Positions 39,957 through 49,979 of a DNA stretch of 64,000 nucleotides are shown here, piece by piece. Under the pieces are notes generated by a model. The model did not search any database, was not told the DNA's origin, and saw only the letters and a program-made list of their open reading frames with translations. A program made the position numbers and the translations under genes. Numbering within the stretch: the stretch's first letter is position 1; each line of letters begins with the position of its first letter. Origin of the DNA: an uncultured delta proteobacterium (GTDB taxonomy: Bacteria > Desulfobacterota > Syntrophorhabdia > Syntrophorhabdales > WCHB1-27); contig CAWEPK010000009.1 of assembly GCA_963810935.1 (NCBI GenBank), forward strand, positions 96,001-160,000, written 5' to 3'.

Positions 39957-41320
39957 TATTTCTTCTTGCCCCTGCCCGTAGCGATTTCCAATAGCTCCCA
40001 TAGATCCATACTGTCCCTGGGGAAATAGGCGGTGCCGACCTCTATCTCGCGCTTGTCGCCTGCCGCCATGTCCGCGAGCATATTGAGGATCGTGAATTTC
40101 AGGACGTTCAATATGTTCTGCCCTTCTTCGAGGCCGTCGGAGCCGGCCAGCGCAGCGTAGAAGTGCGCGCCGCCGCTCCTTGTCACGATGGCGCTCTTTC
40201 CGACGCAGCATTCTATGCCCTGGCGCATCCTCGTGAGTATCTCGTCACCGTAAGCAGCGCCGAAGGACCTGTTAAGGCCGGGCAGGCCGGGCAGCCTTAC
40301 CGAGACGACCGAGAAGCGCCTTTTCTGGTGCGCCATCTTTTCAAGGCCGTCGAAAAACAGGCTGAACCGCGAGACGCCGGCCGCAGGGTCGAGCCCGGTT
40401 TGCGCCTCCATCTCTTCGGCAAGCCGCAACCGCCCCAAAAAGAGCGACATGAGCACGGCCGCGTCGCTCAGCGCTGTTATCGCGTGCTCCCGCAGCCTGC
40501 GCGCAGACACGGACGCGAAGCCCAGGAAACCGAATGGCTTCTCGCGCATCATGAGGGGGAAGCCGAAGTACTGCCGCACCCTCACTCCGTCGTTCGGGAA
40601 AAGGAAAGGCTTCTCCCTCAGAAACCCGCTGTCGTAAGGCAAAAGGAACTCCCGCCCGCCCTCCAGCACGGTTGAGGCAATCGTCGCCTGCATCGGGCAT
40701 TCGGCGCCTGCGAGCGGCCCTGCGCCCGTCCCCACGGCACAGACTATAGAAAGGCCGCCTTTCCGCTCGACGCCTGCGAGGGCCAGGTCGCCGCCGGAGA
40801 CGGAGAGCGCCTCCCGAATGACCTCTTCCATCAGCGCGTCGTCCGGCCGGGGCTGCCTTAAGAAACGGATCTGCCGCCTCAAAAGCTCCGCCTCTTCGCG
40901 CTCCTCTTCCATCTCGGAGAGCCGCTTCTCGCCTTCGACCTCTTTCGAGAGCATTTTCCCGAAATGGGCCAGGATCTTCTTGTCCTTCTCCGTGAAGACC
41001 CATTTGCCCTTGCTGTCAACGACGATCACGCCCGGTATCTCCAGGGGATAGGCCATGAACGACTTGATGTCTTCTTTCTTCCCGTAGTAGCCGAGGGTTT
41101 CCTCGTCCTTGTCGAAGTTGCCTATGATGAGCGGCTCCCTGTGCTTCAGCACCCACCCGGCAAGCGTCCCCTCCAGCGGCAGGCTGTGCCCCTTGTCGAA
41201 GCTCTGGGCGAAGCTGACCGCGGAAAGGCAGGAGAGCCGGTCGTCTTCCTTCATATAGAGCGCGACCGTATGGGCCTCGTAGACGTTGAAAATCAGCTCG
41301 ACGAAACTGTTCAGGCTCAT
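39956..41320 (-). CDS. GAF-GAF protein with a degenerate GGDEF domain
   Basis: GWVLKHREPL, SFMAYPL, GVIVVDS; DPAAG..NRSFG..GDEIL..RSGGAHF..AYFPRD; ATGA overlap with ttuA. Confidence 0.75.
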   Translation of the reverse strand: MSLNSFVELIFNVYEAHTVALYMKEDDRLSCLSAVSFAQSFDKGHSLPLEGTLAGWVLKHREPLIIGNFDKDEETLGYYGKKEDIKSFMAYPLEIPGVIVVDSKGKWVFTEKDKKILAHFGKMLSKEVEGEKRLSEMEEEREEAELLRRQIRFLRQPRPDDALMEEVIREALSVSGGDLALAGVERKGGLSIVCAVGTGAGPLAGAECPMQATIASTVLEGGREFLLPYDSGFLREKPFLFPNDGVRVRQYFGFPLMMREKPFGFLGFASVSARRLREHAITALSDAAVLMSLFLGRLRLAEEMEAQTGLDPAAGVSRFSLFFDGLEKMAHQKRRFSVVSVRLPGLPGLNRSFGAAYGDEILTRMRQGIECCVGKSAIVTRSGGAHFYAALAGSDGLEEGQNILNVLKFTILNMLADMAAGDKREIEVGTAYFPRDSMDLWELLEIATGRGKKK

Positions 41321-42255
41321 GATGCTGCCTTTGGCTCGTGGACCTGGAAGCGGACGTGGGCTGAGATGCCGAACCTCTCCATCAGCCGGCAGAAGCCGCA
41401 TTGCGCGCCGTACGACGGGTAGCCGCAGGATGTGCAAAACGTCTTCTGTCCGATAGGCGCCTTTCTCTCTTCCCTGCCCCTTTTCAGGTAGCCTTTCATG
41501 AAGGCAAGCTTCGTCGCGGGCGAGTTCTCCTCCACCCGGTTGAGCAGCGCCTTGTAAAGGAGCGTCTTCGCCCCCTTCGAGTGGGGGCACTCTTCGTAGA
41601 CGTAGTCGATGCCGTTCATCAAGGCGTAGGCGGCCGTCTCCTTCTCGGAGCAGAGGAAGAAAGGCTTCACCTTCTTGACGAGGCTATCGCCCTCGGCTTC
41701 CAGCACTACGTCTTTTTTCCAGAGGTATTCTTCCTTCCAGTGGAGGATGTTGCCGAGAAGGGCCGAGGCCTCGTCGTCCAGGTTGTGGCCCGTGGCGAGC
41801 ACGGTATAGCCGTAGTCGGTGCACGCGCGGTTCATAACGTACCGCTTTATAGAGCCGCAAAGCGAGCAGGCCGGCCGTCTCATCTTCCGCGCAAGCTCCT
41901 CTACGCCCTTGTCGAAGACTTCCGCGAAGGAGAACACATAGAGCTTCCGGCCCAGCGCATCCGCCATCGCCTTCGCCTTATCGTGGGAGACGCGCGAGTA
42001 GTCGCCGATGGCGAGGTCGATGTAAATGCCGTCCGCCGGGCGGCCCAGCTTGTTCAGGAGGTGCCACAGGGCAAGGCTGTCCTTCCCGCCGGAGACTGCC
42101 ACGAGCAGCCTGTCTGATGCCGTAAAAAGCTTATATTTATCATTTGTGTTGGAGACGCGCTTTTCGATGAAAGAAATAAAATCGCCCGCGCACAGCGCCG
42201 TGTTGTACTGAGGTAGGCGAATATTCGCCTGTGCGCCGCACACCCTGCACTTCAT
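41317..42255 (-). CDS. ttuA: tRNA thiolation enzyme TtuA (TtuA/Ncs6 family)
   Basis: N-terminal CxxC, SGGKDS, CSLCG, GHNLDDE, EECP, C-terminal CxxC..CxxC; adjacent to a sulfur carrier. Confidence 0.85.
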   Translation of the reverse strand: MKCRVCGAQANIRLPQYNTALCAGDFISFIEKRVSNTNDKYKLFTASDRLLVAVSGGKDSLALWHLLNKLGRPADGIYIDLAIGDYSRVSHDKAKAMADALGRKLYVFSFAEVFDKGVEELARKMRRPACSLCGSIKRYVMNRACTDYGYTVLATGHNLDDEASALLGNILHWKEEYLWKKDVVLEAEGDSLVKKVKPFFLCSEKETAAYALMNGIDYVYEECPHSKGAKTLLYKALLNRVEENSPATKLAFMKGYLKRGREERKAPIGQKTFCTSCGYPSYGAQCGFCRLMERFGISAHVRFQVHEPKAAS

Positions 42256-42440
42256 CCGCCCGATATTACCCGGACAATCCTGACCCGGTCGTTGCGGTCG
42301 AGCATTCGGTCCTCTGTGACGAGCGTGCCGTTGGACGTGACAAGATGGGCTTCGGGGCTCAACTGAAACATGTCAAGCAGACGGGCGACAGTAATCCGCC
42401 GGTCAACCTCATGCAACTGGCCTTCCCATTCTACAGTCAT
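42252..42440 (-). CDS. Ubiquitin-like sulfur carrier (TtuB/ThiS/MoaD family)
   Basis: C-terminal VISGG; overlaps the ttuA start. Confidence 0.85.
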   Translation of the reverse strand: MTVEWEGQLHEVDRRITVARLLDMFQLSPEAHLVTSNGTLVTEDRMLDRNDRVRIVRVISGG

Positions 42441-42445
42441 GCACA

Positions 42446-42474
42446 TTTCTATCATACGGCGCGTGGCTTGTCAA
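42446..42474 (-). promoter_or_regulatory. Sigma70-type promoter for ttuB-ttuA (probably a leaderless transcript)
   Basis: TTGACA-17 nt-TAGAAA with upstream TG; ATG at 42440 lies 6 nt past the -10 and has no SD. Confidence 0.5.
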
Positions 42475-42537
42475 AGGCAGCGGGCGCCGGAAGGGCGCCC
42501 GCCGGATGCCTTTGACAAGCGCCGTATGATATTACGT

Positions 42538-42662
42538 CGGCCGGGGCCTTTCCGCGCCTTTCGCGTCATTTTCTCGGGCGCGAGTCCTCACGTACAGAAA
42601 ACGTACGCTGCGGCTCGCTTCGTCGAAAATAACGCGAAATCCATCGGAAAATCCCCAGCCGG
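42538..42662. repeat. REP/MITE-like nested hairpin element
   Basis: Nested inverted arms: GGGG..TTTCCG/CGGAAA..CCCC, TTTCGCGT.ATTTTC/GAAAATAACGCGAAA, GCGAG/CTCGC, CGTAC/GTACG. Confidence 0.55.
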
Positions 42663-42825
42663 GCAGAGCCCGCTAGTTTGTGTACCGCTGCTTATGTGAT
42701 GGGGTTCAATATTTCAAATCAAGTATTGGGAGAAAAAACAGCGTCTACCGATGTTGGAAGAATACCTAACCGGTAGCCTACAGCAAGGTAACGTCGACAG
42801 CCATAGCATATCAGGGCCACCACCC

Positions 42826-45248
42826 TCAGGTTCTAACCCTAGTCTGTAATTCAATTTCCGTCAGTACGTTCTGCACCTCCGTATAGACCTGAGTCGTTCG
42901 CGTAGTATCCTCAAGTCGAATAACAACAGCGTATGGAATGGGAGCAACTTTCCGGGCCCACTTATGGTATGCGGCTACTGCTAATGTATACGTTGCGGTG
43001 CTGTAGTGCTCTTGATGGCGAGTCCATTCCGCAACATCGTGTTGCACACACCCCCGCGAACGAAGATTTACGCCTAGCCGGAAACGGAGTTCGTTCGGAG
43101 TCCGCTCGGGATGCACTTCGCTATCATCACCATTTTCGACGGACATTCTAGCGATCACTTCCTCCCGGTCAACGTCACCACGGAATATCCGCCACTTCAT
43201 TGTAGTCCCGAGGTAACGCTCAAACCCCCAACGTTGAACTTCGGGAGCGTGCACCAAGGTGACGCTAAGACGTTTGATGCCGTCCCCCGATTCGGCCAAC
43301 GCCGCGGGAACAGGCACATCGAAGTATGCCACACTATTAGGGTCAAGCTCTCCCTGGTAGTATAGCACCGCAGAAAACGGATCGCAGTCAGTGGCAAAGC
43401 CTGCATCTGGGAGCCCATATCCAACTATATACCGCCATGAATTGACCGGAACTGCTCCATATTGCTCACGGAGTTGTTCAAATTCTGGCCCAAGACGTAG
43501 CCAATTTGCTGAGTTAACCAAAAATGCTTTGAGTAACGAAGCAGACGGGTGACCAAGCCCTAGCATCTGCATATCAGCCATAACCATCGCAAGCTTGTGG
43601 GCTATTCGTGGAGTGCATAGCTGCTACCCGAATCGTGTATTATCGCAGGGGTCAACTGGTGACTCGCCATCATGACGTCTGTCCCAGGGTTGCGCCGCAC
43701 CTGCCCACCTTCAGGATCGTAAATGAGGTTTCCGCCATAATCCACCAACTCGGGTTTGATCTCGCGGTTCATTCCCGGCCCGTGTCGCGTAAAGGGTGAC
43801 GGCTGATTCGTCTCCGCGATTGCCATCGCAGCAGTGGGTCGTGCCAAAAGGGTGCCCGAGGCCACAGAGCCAACAGTCAATGCAAGGGCCGCCTGCGCTG
43901 GGTCGAGAAGGGCGGTTTCTTCCTCAGTGAAATACATTGGATATGGTTTACCGTCGGCAAAATAAAAACTAACCTCGTTAGCCGCTATATTACCGGTGCT
44001 CACGATAAAAACAACGTCTTTCTGTCTAGACAAACGATCAATCGTCCGAGCAATCCACGATTTACGCGGTATCGTTCTTTTAGCTTCGGTAGTCCATTTT
44101 CTATTAGTCACATTGACTGAGAGATTGAAAATACGGACACCCAGTGGTACGAAAGTGTTCACAACTTCATCTAGAACCTTCGAGAAAAGGCGTTCTTCCT
44201 CGACCTGATTGCTATCGTCCAGCACACGAGCACTTGCAATCCAGACCTTGCCACTGTTCGTAGCTCCTTGCTGAAGATTTAAGGCATAGTATGTTGCCAG
44301 CGAGGCGACGCCCGAGCCGTGACCAAATACGTCAAACGGTTGATCGTGAGCACGGCGGAGAAACGATCGAAAAAGACTATCTCTCGACACAGGTGTAAGG
44401 AATGGATTACCGCTTGTAACCCCAGAATCTACGATACATACTACGGGGGCCGATTCCGCTGGTGGGTCCAGCTCGCCCAGGGTATCTATGGAAAAATTAT
44501 GCAGTACGCTATTAAACGTCTCGAACTGAGGCTTTGCGTCAAACCAGGAAATCCTCGTTTGCCATTCCGGGGCTTCAACAAGTAACCTAAACAGCTGACC
44601 CGAGCAGCGGATCACAGCCCGGGATGTTCCAGCAATTTCTTCCTGTTCAAAGTAGTTCCCATTTACGCCTGCTGCAAATGCATGCCGAAGTGTCTGGCGG
44701 GTTTGCTGAAGCTCCTTTCTCCGCTTACGAGGGCTTGATGTTAATGAAATCATTTCAATTTCGCAGATTACCCACGCCTGCTGTATCAGGTGATCGTACT
44801 GTTCAAAAAGGGCTTCGCTCAACCGGTCTTTCGGGTCCCCGCGCATAATATTTAGAATATGCACCGCTAACTGCTCGTTGGGGACATGACCCTTCTTAAT
44901 CTCTGCAGTACCGAAAATCTCAATCTTGGCGGCAAGCTTGTCCAAATTGTCAGCCTTCGGCACTGCAAGTGTGAAACGATCCGAGTGTTCGGTAAAGGGT
45001 TTTAGATCTGTTCCCACCAAGTTAACGGGAACCTCATGCTCCAACTTATAGAAAACAGCCCTCCTCTCTACCTCCGTCATCTGATGAAGCGAGTGAGACA
45101 GGGGAGCGATCTGATCGACAAGCTTTCGAACGATTTCTTGACGCCGTTGAAGACGCTCTGGTTCTATCGGAACCAGATGAGGCTTTTCCTTTCGCCTGGC
45201 AGCAATCTGGGGCACTGGGATGCGTAAGGGCGGAAATTCGCCGTTCAT
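42826..45248 (-). CDS. S8 (subtilisin-like) peptidase, IetS-like; apparent -1 indel at ~43613 in the catalytic-Ser motif
   Basis: IVDSGV (Asp), GHGSGVAS (His), STGN, KPELVDYGGN; SGSSYA(A/T)PRIAHKLA restored by one base, joining ORFs 43602-45248 and 42826-43587. Confidence 0.85.
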
Positions 45249-46300
45249 TTCTTTCTTCCCCTACGTTCTACCCCTGGAGTCTCAGTCGCCGCTGACAGAT
45301 CAGCGCGCAAAGTATTCAGCGGTTCGGAAATGTCACTCATCGAAAGGCTCGTATCCCCTCTCAAAATCATGCTCTTGATAGCATCTATGACCACTTTCTG
45401 TATGTCTGCAAATGAAAGTGATGCAAGCATTCGCGACGCTTGTTTTACTGAATCCTTAAAAACTAGTCCGCTGAGAAGTAACTTCAGGTAAAGTTGGCGC
45501 TCGTTCTCCGAAGGCAAAGGAAAATGTACGATCTCGTCAAAACGTCGCCAGAGCGCAGGATCGAGAAGGTATTGATGATTACTTGCTGCTATAATAATGC
45601 TTTCACTGGAGACAAACGCGTCCATGGCTTGGAGCAAGCTATTTACCACACGTTTCAATTCTCCAACGTCGTTGCGGTCGTCGCGATTCTTCGCGATAGC
45701 ATCTATTTCATCGAGTAACAGAACTATGGGTCTACTGTCGGCTAAGTCAAACACTTTTTGTATGTGGGAGGCAGTATCACCCAGGAAGCTCGAAATAACT
45801 GCATTAAGTCTGATTGTTCCCACCGACATGCCCAACTCGTGCGCAATGAAACTCGCAGTGAAGGTCTTCCCACATCCGGGTGGTCCCCAGAATAGAAGTT
45901 TGCGTTTGGGTAGATAACCATACTGGGCAAGTAAACGTCTATTTCTATGTTCTTCGAGTATCCGGTCTATTTTTTTTGAGCTGGCCCTATTGAGAACTAT
46001 CTGATCTTGAGCTACCTTAGGCTCGCCGTACGTGATGAGTTGCTCTCCATTTCTTCGATCTTTGGGTAATGGCAACATCTCCTGTGCGTATCGCCGTTCG
46101 GTCGGTTTGGTTCTAGCCTTACCAAGCGCAGCCTGAAGTTCTGTAGCCAATGCATGATGGTTTGCGGCTAATTCTTCCGCGATGATTCCTTCGGCGACCC
46201 TCATAAAGGTCGCATCCTGGCGCTCCCCGAAAGCACGGAATAGTGAGACCAAGTTTTCATTCTTTATCATGATATTATCCCTACGGCTCAATTGTATCAT
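45245..46300 (-). CDS. AAA+ ATPase, IetA-like
   Basis: GPPGCGKT, ISSFLGDT, LLDEIDAIAK.R, GELKRVVNSLLQ, LDPALWRRF; overlaps the peptidase start. Confidence 0.9.
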   Translation of the reverse strand: MIQLSRRDNIMIKNENLVSLFRAFGERQDATFMRVAEGIIAEELAANHHALATELQAALGKARTKPTERRYAQEMLPLPKDRRNGEQLITYGEPKVAQDQIVLNRASSKKIDRILEEHRNRRLLAQYGYLPKRKLLFWGPPGCGKTFTASFIAHELGMSVGTIRLNAVISSFLGDTASHIQKVFDLADSRPIVLLLDEIDAIAKNRDDRNDVGELKRVVNSLLQAMDAFVSSESIIIAASNHQYLLDPALWRRFDEIVHFPLPSENERQLYLKLLLSGLVFKDSVKQASRMLASLSFADIQKVVIDAIKSMILRGDTSLSMSDISEPLNTLRADLSAATETPGVERRGRKK

Positions 46301-46498
46301 GCAACCATTGGAACATTGGGGGGCGAACCTTTATTCTCGACCAGCAAGGAACCCCGCCAATACCCCATTAAGTACTACCATAGGGAAGAAAACGCTGCAA
46401 TAAGAATAACAAAAATTGTCAACGCAAAATAAAAATGTCCTAGTTCTTGGAATTCCCGGTAATTTATGAATAGCGCAGGCGGGACACACTGGCGCTGG

Positions 46499-46671
46499 TT
46501 ACAGCCCTAGTTGGCGGCGGATCAGGTCGCAGAGAGAGTTCTTGATTTCATTGTGCCGGGGAACCGGCGCCTTTTTCCGTTGGCGGGATTTGCGTAAATC
46601 GTAGCCACTGCCGCGTCTCTTAAGTAGCAGCCTGCCTCGACCAGCTCCTTCAGAAATTCGTGCCGTTTCAA
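46499..46671 (-). pseudogene. hicA: HicA-family toxin with several frameshifts
   Basis: Fragments MKRHEFLKELVEAGCY / KRRGSGYD / IYANPANG / KAPVPRHNEIKNSLCDLIRRQLGL alternate between frames; TTG overlaps the hicB stop. Confidence 0.7.
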
Positions 46672-46874
46672 ACAGCGACCTCGATCTGTTTGGTCTGGCG
46701 TCCCTCCACATTAGGCTCGACTTCGCCTTCCATCATCAGCGCATAGGCTTCCCGGATATTGCTTTCGAGATCGTTTAACGTTTCGCCCTGGCTGAATACG
46801 CCCGGAACTTCCTTAAGGCGGCCCACGTACCAATTGTCGTCAAGCCAGTACTCAAGGGTAAACCGCGTTGTCAT
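46668..46874 (-). CDS. hicB: HicB-family antitoxin (short form)
   Basis: WYVGRLKEVPGVFSQGETLNDLESNIREA. Confidence 0.85.
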   Translation of the reverse strand: MTTRFTLEYWLDDNWYVGRLKEVPGVFSQGETLNDLESNIREAYALMMEGEVEPNVEGRQTKQIEVAV

Positions 46875-46921
46875 GATTCAGTCTCCTGCATGTTTCCCTA
46901 TTTTGCTTCTCCTTTCTTACA

Positions 46922-49066
46922 CTACCGCTTTCCCTGCCCCTTCATTGTAAGGGATATCCTTCCTCTCTTTACGTCCACGTCGAGGACTTTTACCGTTACC
47001 CTCTGGTGTACCTTTACTACGTCCGACGGATTCTTTACGTACTTTTCGGACAACTGGCTTACGTGAACCAGACCGTCCTGGTGCACGCCTATATCGACGA
47101 AAGCCCCGAAACCCGTCACGTTTGTCACGATCCCCGTAAGCTCCATATCCGGCTTTACGTCCTCGATCTTTTCAACCCCTGCCGTGAAGGCGCCCGTTTC
47201 GAAGGCCTCTCTCGGGTCCCTTCCGGGCCTGGCGAGCTCGTCCAGGATATCCCGCAGTGTCGGCAGGCCCGCCTTTTCCGTCACGTACTGCATCGGGTCG
47301 ATGCGCGCCTGGAGGGCCTTGTCTTCGATGAGACTGATAACCGGCACGCCCAGGTCTTGGGCCATCTTCCGGACGACGTGATAGCTCTCGGGGTGTACGG
47401 CCGTGCGATCAAGGGGCTCCTCCCCGTCGGCGATCCTCAAAAAACCCGCTGCCTGCTCGAACGCCTTCGGGCCAAGCTTCGGCACCTTCTTCAGGCCCTC
47501 CCGCGTCCTGAACGGCCCGTGCTCGTCCCTGTACGCGACGATGTTGGCCGCTAGCTGGGGCCCCAGGCCCGATACGTAGGTGAGAAGCTGTCTGCTCGCC
47601 GTATTCATATCGACCCCTACCGAGTTGACGCAGCTTTCCACGGCGTCGTCGAGACTCTTTTTCAGCATCTTCTGGTCAACGTCGTGCTGATACTGTCCCA
47701 CCCCTATCGACTTGGGGTCTATCTTTACGAGCTCGGCAAGGGGGTCTATCAGGCGCCTGCCTATCGACACTGCGCCCCGCACGGTCAGGTCGAGGTCTGG
47801 AAACTCCTCCCTGGCCGCCTCAGACGCGGAATAGATGGAGGCGCCGCTCTCGTTGACCATTACGACTACGATGCCTTCCGGGAGTGCGAGGTTCTTGATG
47901 AAGGCCTCCGTTTCCCTCCCGGCAGTCCCGTTGCCGATGGCCACGGCCTCAATGGCATATTCCCGGCACAGCCTTTCGACGGCTGCCCGTGCCCGCGCCG
48001 CCTCACCGGGACCGGTGTGGGGAAAGATCGTCTCCGTATGGAGCAGCTTCCCCTGCCCGTCCAGGCAGACGACCTTACAACCCGTTCTGAAGCCGGGGTC
48101 GATTGCCAGAACGCGCTTTTGCCCCAGGGGAGGCGCAAGAAGGAGATGGCGAAGGTTCTCGTTGAAGAGCCTGATCGCCTCCTCGTCGGCCTTCTTCTTA
48201 GCTTCCTGTCTGGCCTCCGTTTCCATGGAAGGACCGAGGAGCCTCTTGTAGGAGTCATGGACTGCCGTCTTCATCTGCTCGGTCGCCGCGCCGCTCCCTT
48301 TCACGAAAAGGGATTCCAGGATGGATAGCGCTTCATCGTCCGGAGGCGCAAGACGGACCGCCAGCATGCCTTCCTTCTCGCCGCGCATGATCGCCAGGAC
48401 CCTGTGGGACGGCGCCTTCCCTGCCGGCTCCTCCCACGCAAAGTAGTCCCTGAACTTGGCGCCTTCCTCGGCATGCCCCGCCACCCCTTTCGATTTCAGC
48501 ATCCCCTTCGAGACAAACAGGGTCCGCATCCGCGCCCTTGCCTCTTCATCCTCGGCTACCTGCTCGGCGATGATGTCACGGGCCCCGGCGAGGGCGTCTT
48601 CGACGGAAAGGACAACTTTTTCCGGCGAGATGAACCGGGCAGCCTCGGTAAAGACATCGAAAGGCACCTGGGAAAAGAGCCGCTCCGCCAGAGGTCCCAG
48701 GCCCTTTTCCCTTGCAACGGACGCCCTCGTGCGCCGCTTCGGCCTGTATGGGAGGTAGATGTCTTCAAGGACCGACATCGTCCCGGCCTCCCGGACCTTC
48801 CCTTCGAGCTCGGGAGTCAGCTTTCCGCTCTCCTCCAGGGACTTGAGTATGCTCTCCTTCCGCTTGTCGAGCTGGCGGAGGTCCTCCAGGCCGTCGCGCA
48901 CTGCGGCGACCGCCACCTCGTCAAGGCCGCCCGTTGCCTCCTTCCTGTACCTGGCGATAAAGGGTATCGTCGCCCCTTCGTCGAGGAGTGCGGCCGTCGA
49001 ACCGACCTGGCCCTCGGAGATCTTAAGGTCCGTGGCAAGCTTCTGCGCGTGTTTCTGGTCCACCAT
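46922..49066 (-). CDS. tex: Tex family RNA-binding transcriptional accessory protein
   Basis: EGATIPFIARYRKE, DPGFRTGCK, SIGVGQYQHDV, C-terminal S1 domain. Confidence 0.96.
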   Translation of the reverse strand: MVDQKHAQKLATDLKISEGQVGSTAALLDEGATIPFIARYRKEATGGLDEVAVAAVRDGLEDLRQLDKRKESILKSLEESGKLTPELEGKVREAGTMSVLEDIYLPYRPKRRTRASVAREKGLGPLAERLFSQVPFDVFTEAARFISPEKVVLSVEDALAGARDIIAEQVAEDEEARARMRTLFVSKGMLKSKGVAGHAEEGAKFRDYFAWEEPAGKAPSHRVLAIMRGEKEGMLAVRLAPPDDEALSILESLFVKGSGAATEQMKTAVHDSYKRLLGPSMETEARQEAKKKADEEAIRLFNENLRHLLLAPPLGQKRVLAIDPGFRTGCKVVCLDGQGKLLHTETIFPHTGPGEAARARAAVERLCREYAIEAVAIGNGTAGRETEAFIKNLALPEGIVVVMVNESGASIYSASEAAREEFPDLDLTVRGAVSIGRRLIDPLAELVKIDPKSIGVGQYQHDVDQKMLKKSLDDAVESCVNSVGVDMNTASRQLLTYVSGLGPQLAANIVAYRDEHGPFRTREGLKKVPKLGPKAFEQAAGFLRIADGEEPLDRTAVHPESYHVVRKMAQDLGVPVISLIEDKALQARIDPMQYVTEKAGLPTLRDILDELARPGRDPREAFETGAFTAGVEKIEDVKPDMELTGIVTNVTGFGAFVDIGVHQDGLVHVSQLSEKYVKNPSDVVKVHQRVTVKVLDVDVKRGRISLTMKGQGKR

Positions 49067-49182
49067 CTGTTGCCGCCTTTTGTGTCGTTTACCTGCTGTA
49101 CCCGATAATTGAACGGTAGGACGCCGGCCTTGTCAAGGAGTTGCAGCGGTCTTCGACAGACAAAGAACAGGACTTGAACGAG

Positions 49183-49950
49183 TCAGATCGGGAGACAGGG
49201 CACGAAGAGGCGAGCGGCGGTTATGATGAAGGGGCATTCGTAGCGGTTGTCGCGCCGGTTCCCGGGCGCGGGTTTCTCGGTGAGAAGGTAACCGCCGCAC
49301 ATGACCGCTCCCACCAGGAACCAGACTGCAAAATTGCTCAACGGGGTCCCGAAGTATCGGCCCGGCTCGCTCCAGACCCACATGCCGGAAAAGGTCCCCA
49401 ACGGATCGAGGACGAGGTCGCTTCCCATAATGTAAGAACCGCATAGCGCGCTTTGTACGAGCAGACGCCGCAGCGACAGGGCGCCCCTGGGCCCGGTCGA
49501 AAGGGAACGCATGAACCCGAGCGCCATGTAGGCCAGGTCGAACCAAAGGAGGAGAATGAAACAGGGCACGCCTCCCGGCAGTCTTGGAAGCAGGGCCGGA
49601 TCGTAGCTATACGTACTTCCGAACACTCCCCAGTGAATTCCCATGCTTTCTGCGGCGTAGGAAACGAAAACGGAAAAACCGAACAGCCGAACGGCATTGG
49701 GAAACGAAACACTAAGGCAGGCGTGACAAAATACGGCTGCGGTGAAAAGCAGCGCCAACCCCTGAAGCGTGAGGTTCATCCCCGCCCAGAAATAATGCGT
49801 CTGCCGGAGGAATGGAATGCACAAGGCGGGAGCTGCTATAGCCAGCGCTGCAAAAATGCATCGCCCGATCAGGGGTTTTCCCGCGCCCCCGCCCACAGGA
49901 CCAAAAAGCGGGCGACGGGGACTTGATTTCCGTATTCTATCCGTCCTCAT
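49183..49950 (-). CDS. DUF422/CruF-like ('carotenoid biosynthesis') membrane protein
   Basis: ESMGIHWGVFGSTYSY, GVP..LLW, DLVLDP, YFGTPLSNFAVW. Confidence 0.7.
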   Translation of the reverse strand: MRTDRIRKSSPRRPLFGPVGGGAGKPLIGRCIFAALAIAAPALCIPFLRQTHYFWAGMNLTLQGLALLFTAAVFCHACLSVSFPNAVRLFGFSVFVSYAAESMGIHWGVFGSTYSYDPALLPRLPGGVPCFILLLWFDLAYMALGFMRSLSTGPRGALSLRRLLVQSALCGSYIMGSDLVLDPLGTFSGMWVWSEPGRYFGTPLSNFAVWFLVGAVMCGGYLLTEKPAPGNRRDNRYECPFIITAARLFVPCLPI

Positions 49951-49979
49951 ACCATGATTGCCGATCCTAACATTCTACA

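Noticed and set aside
43602..43604. Stop-codon readthrough (pyrrolysine) at the TAG splitting the S8 peptidase
   Set aside because: The downstream part is in a different frame, and a one-base repair restores the catalytic motif.
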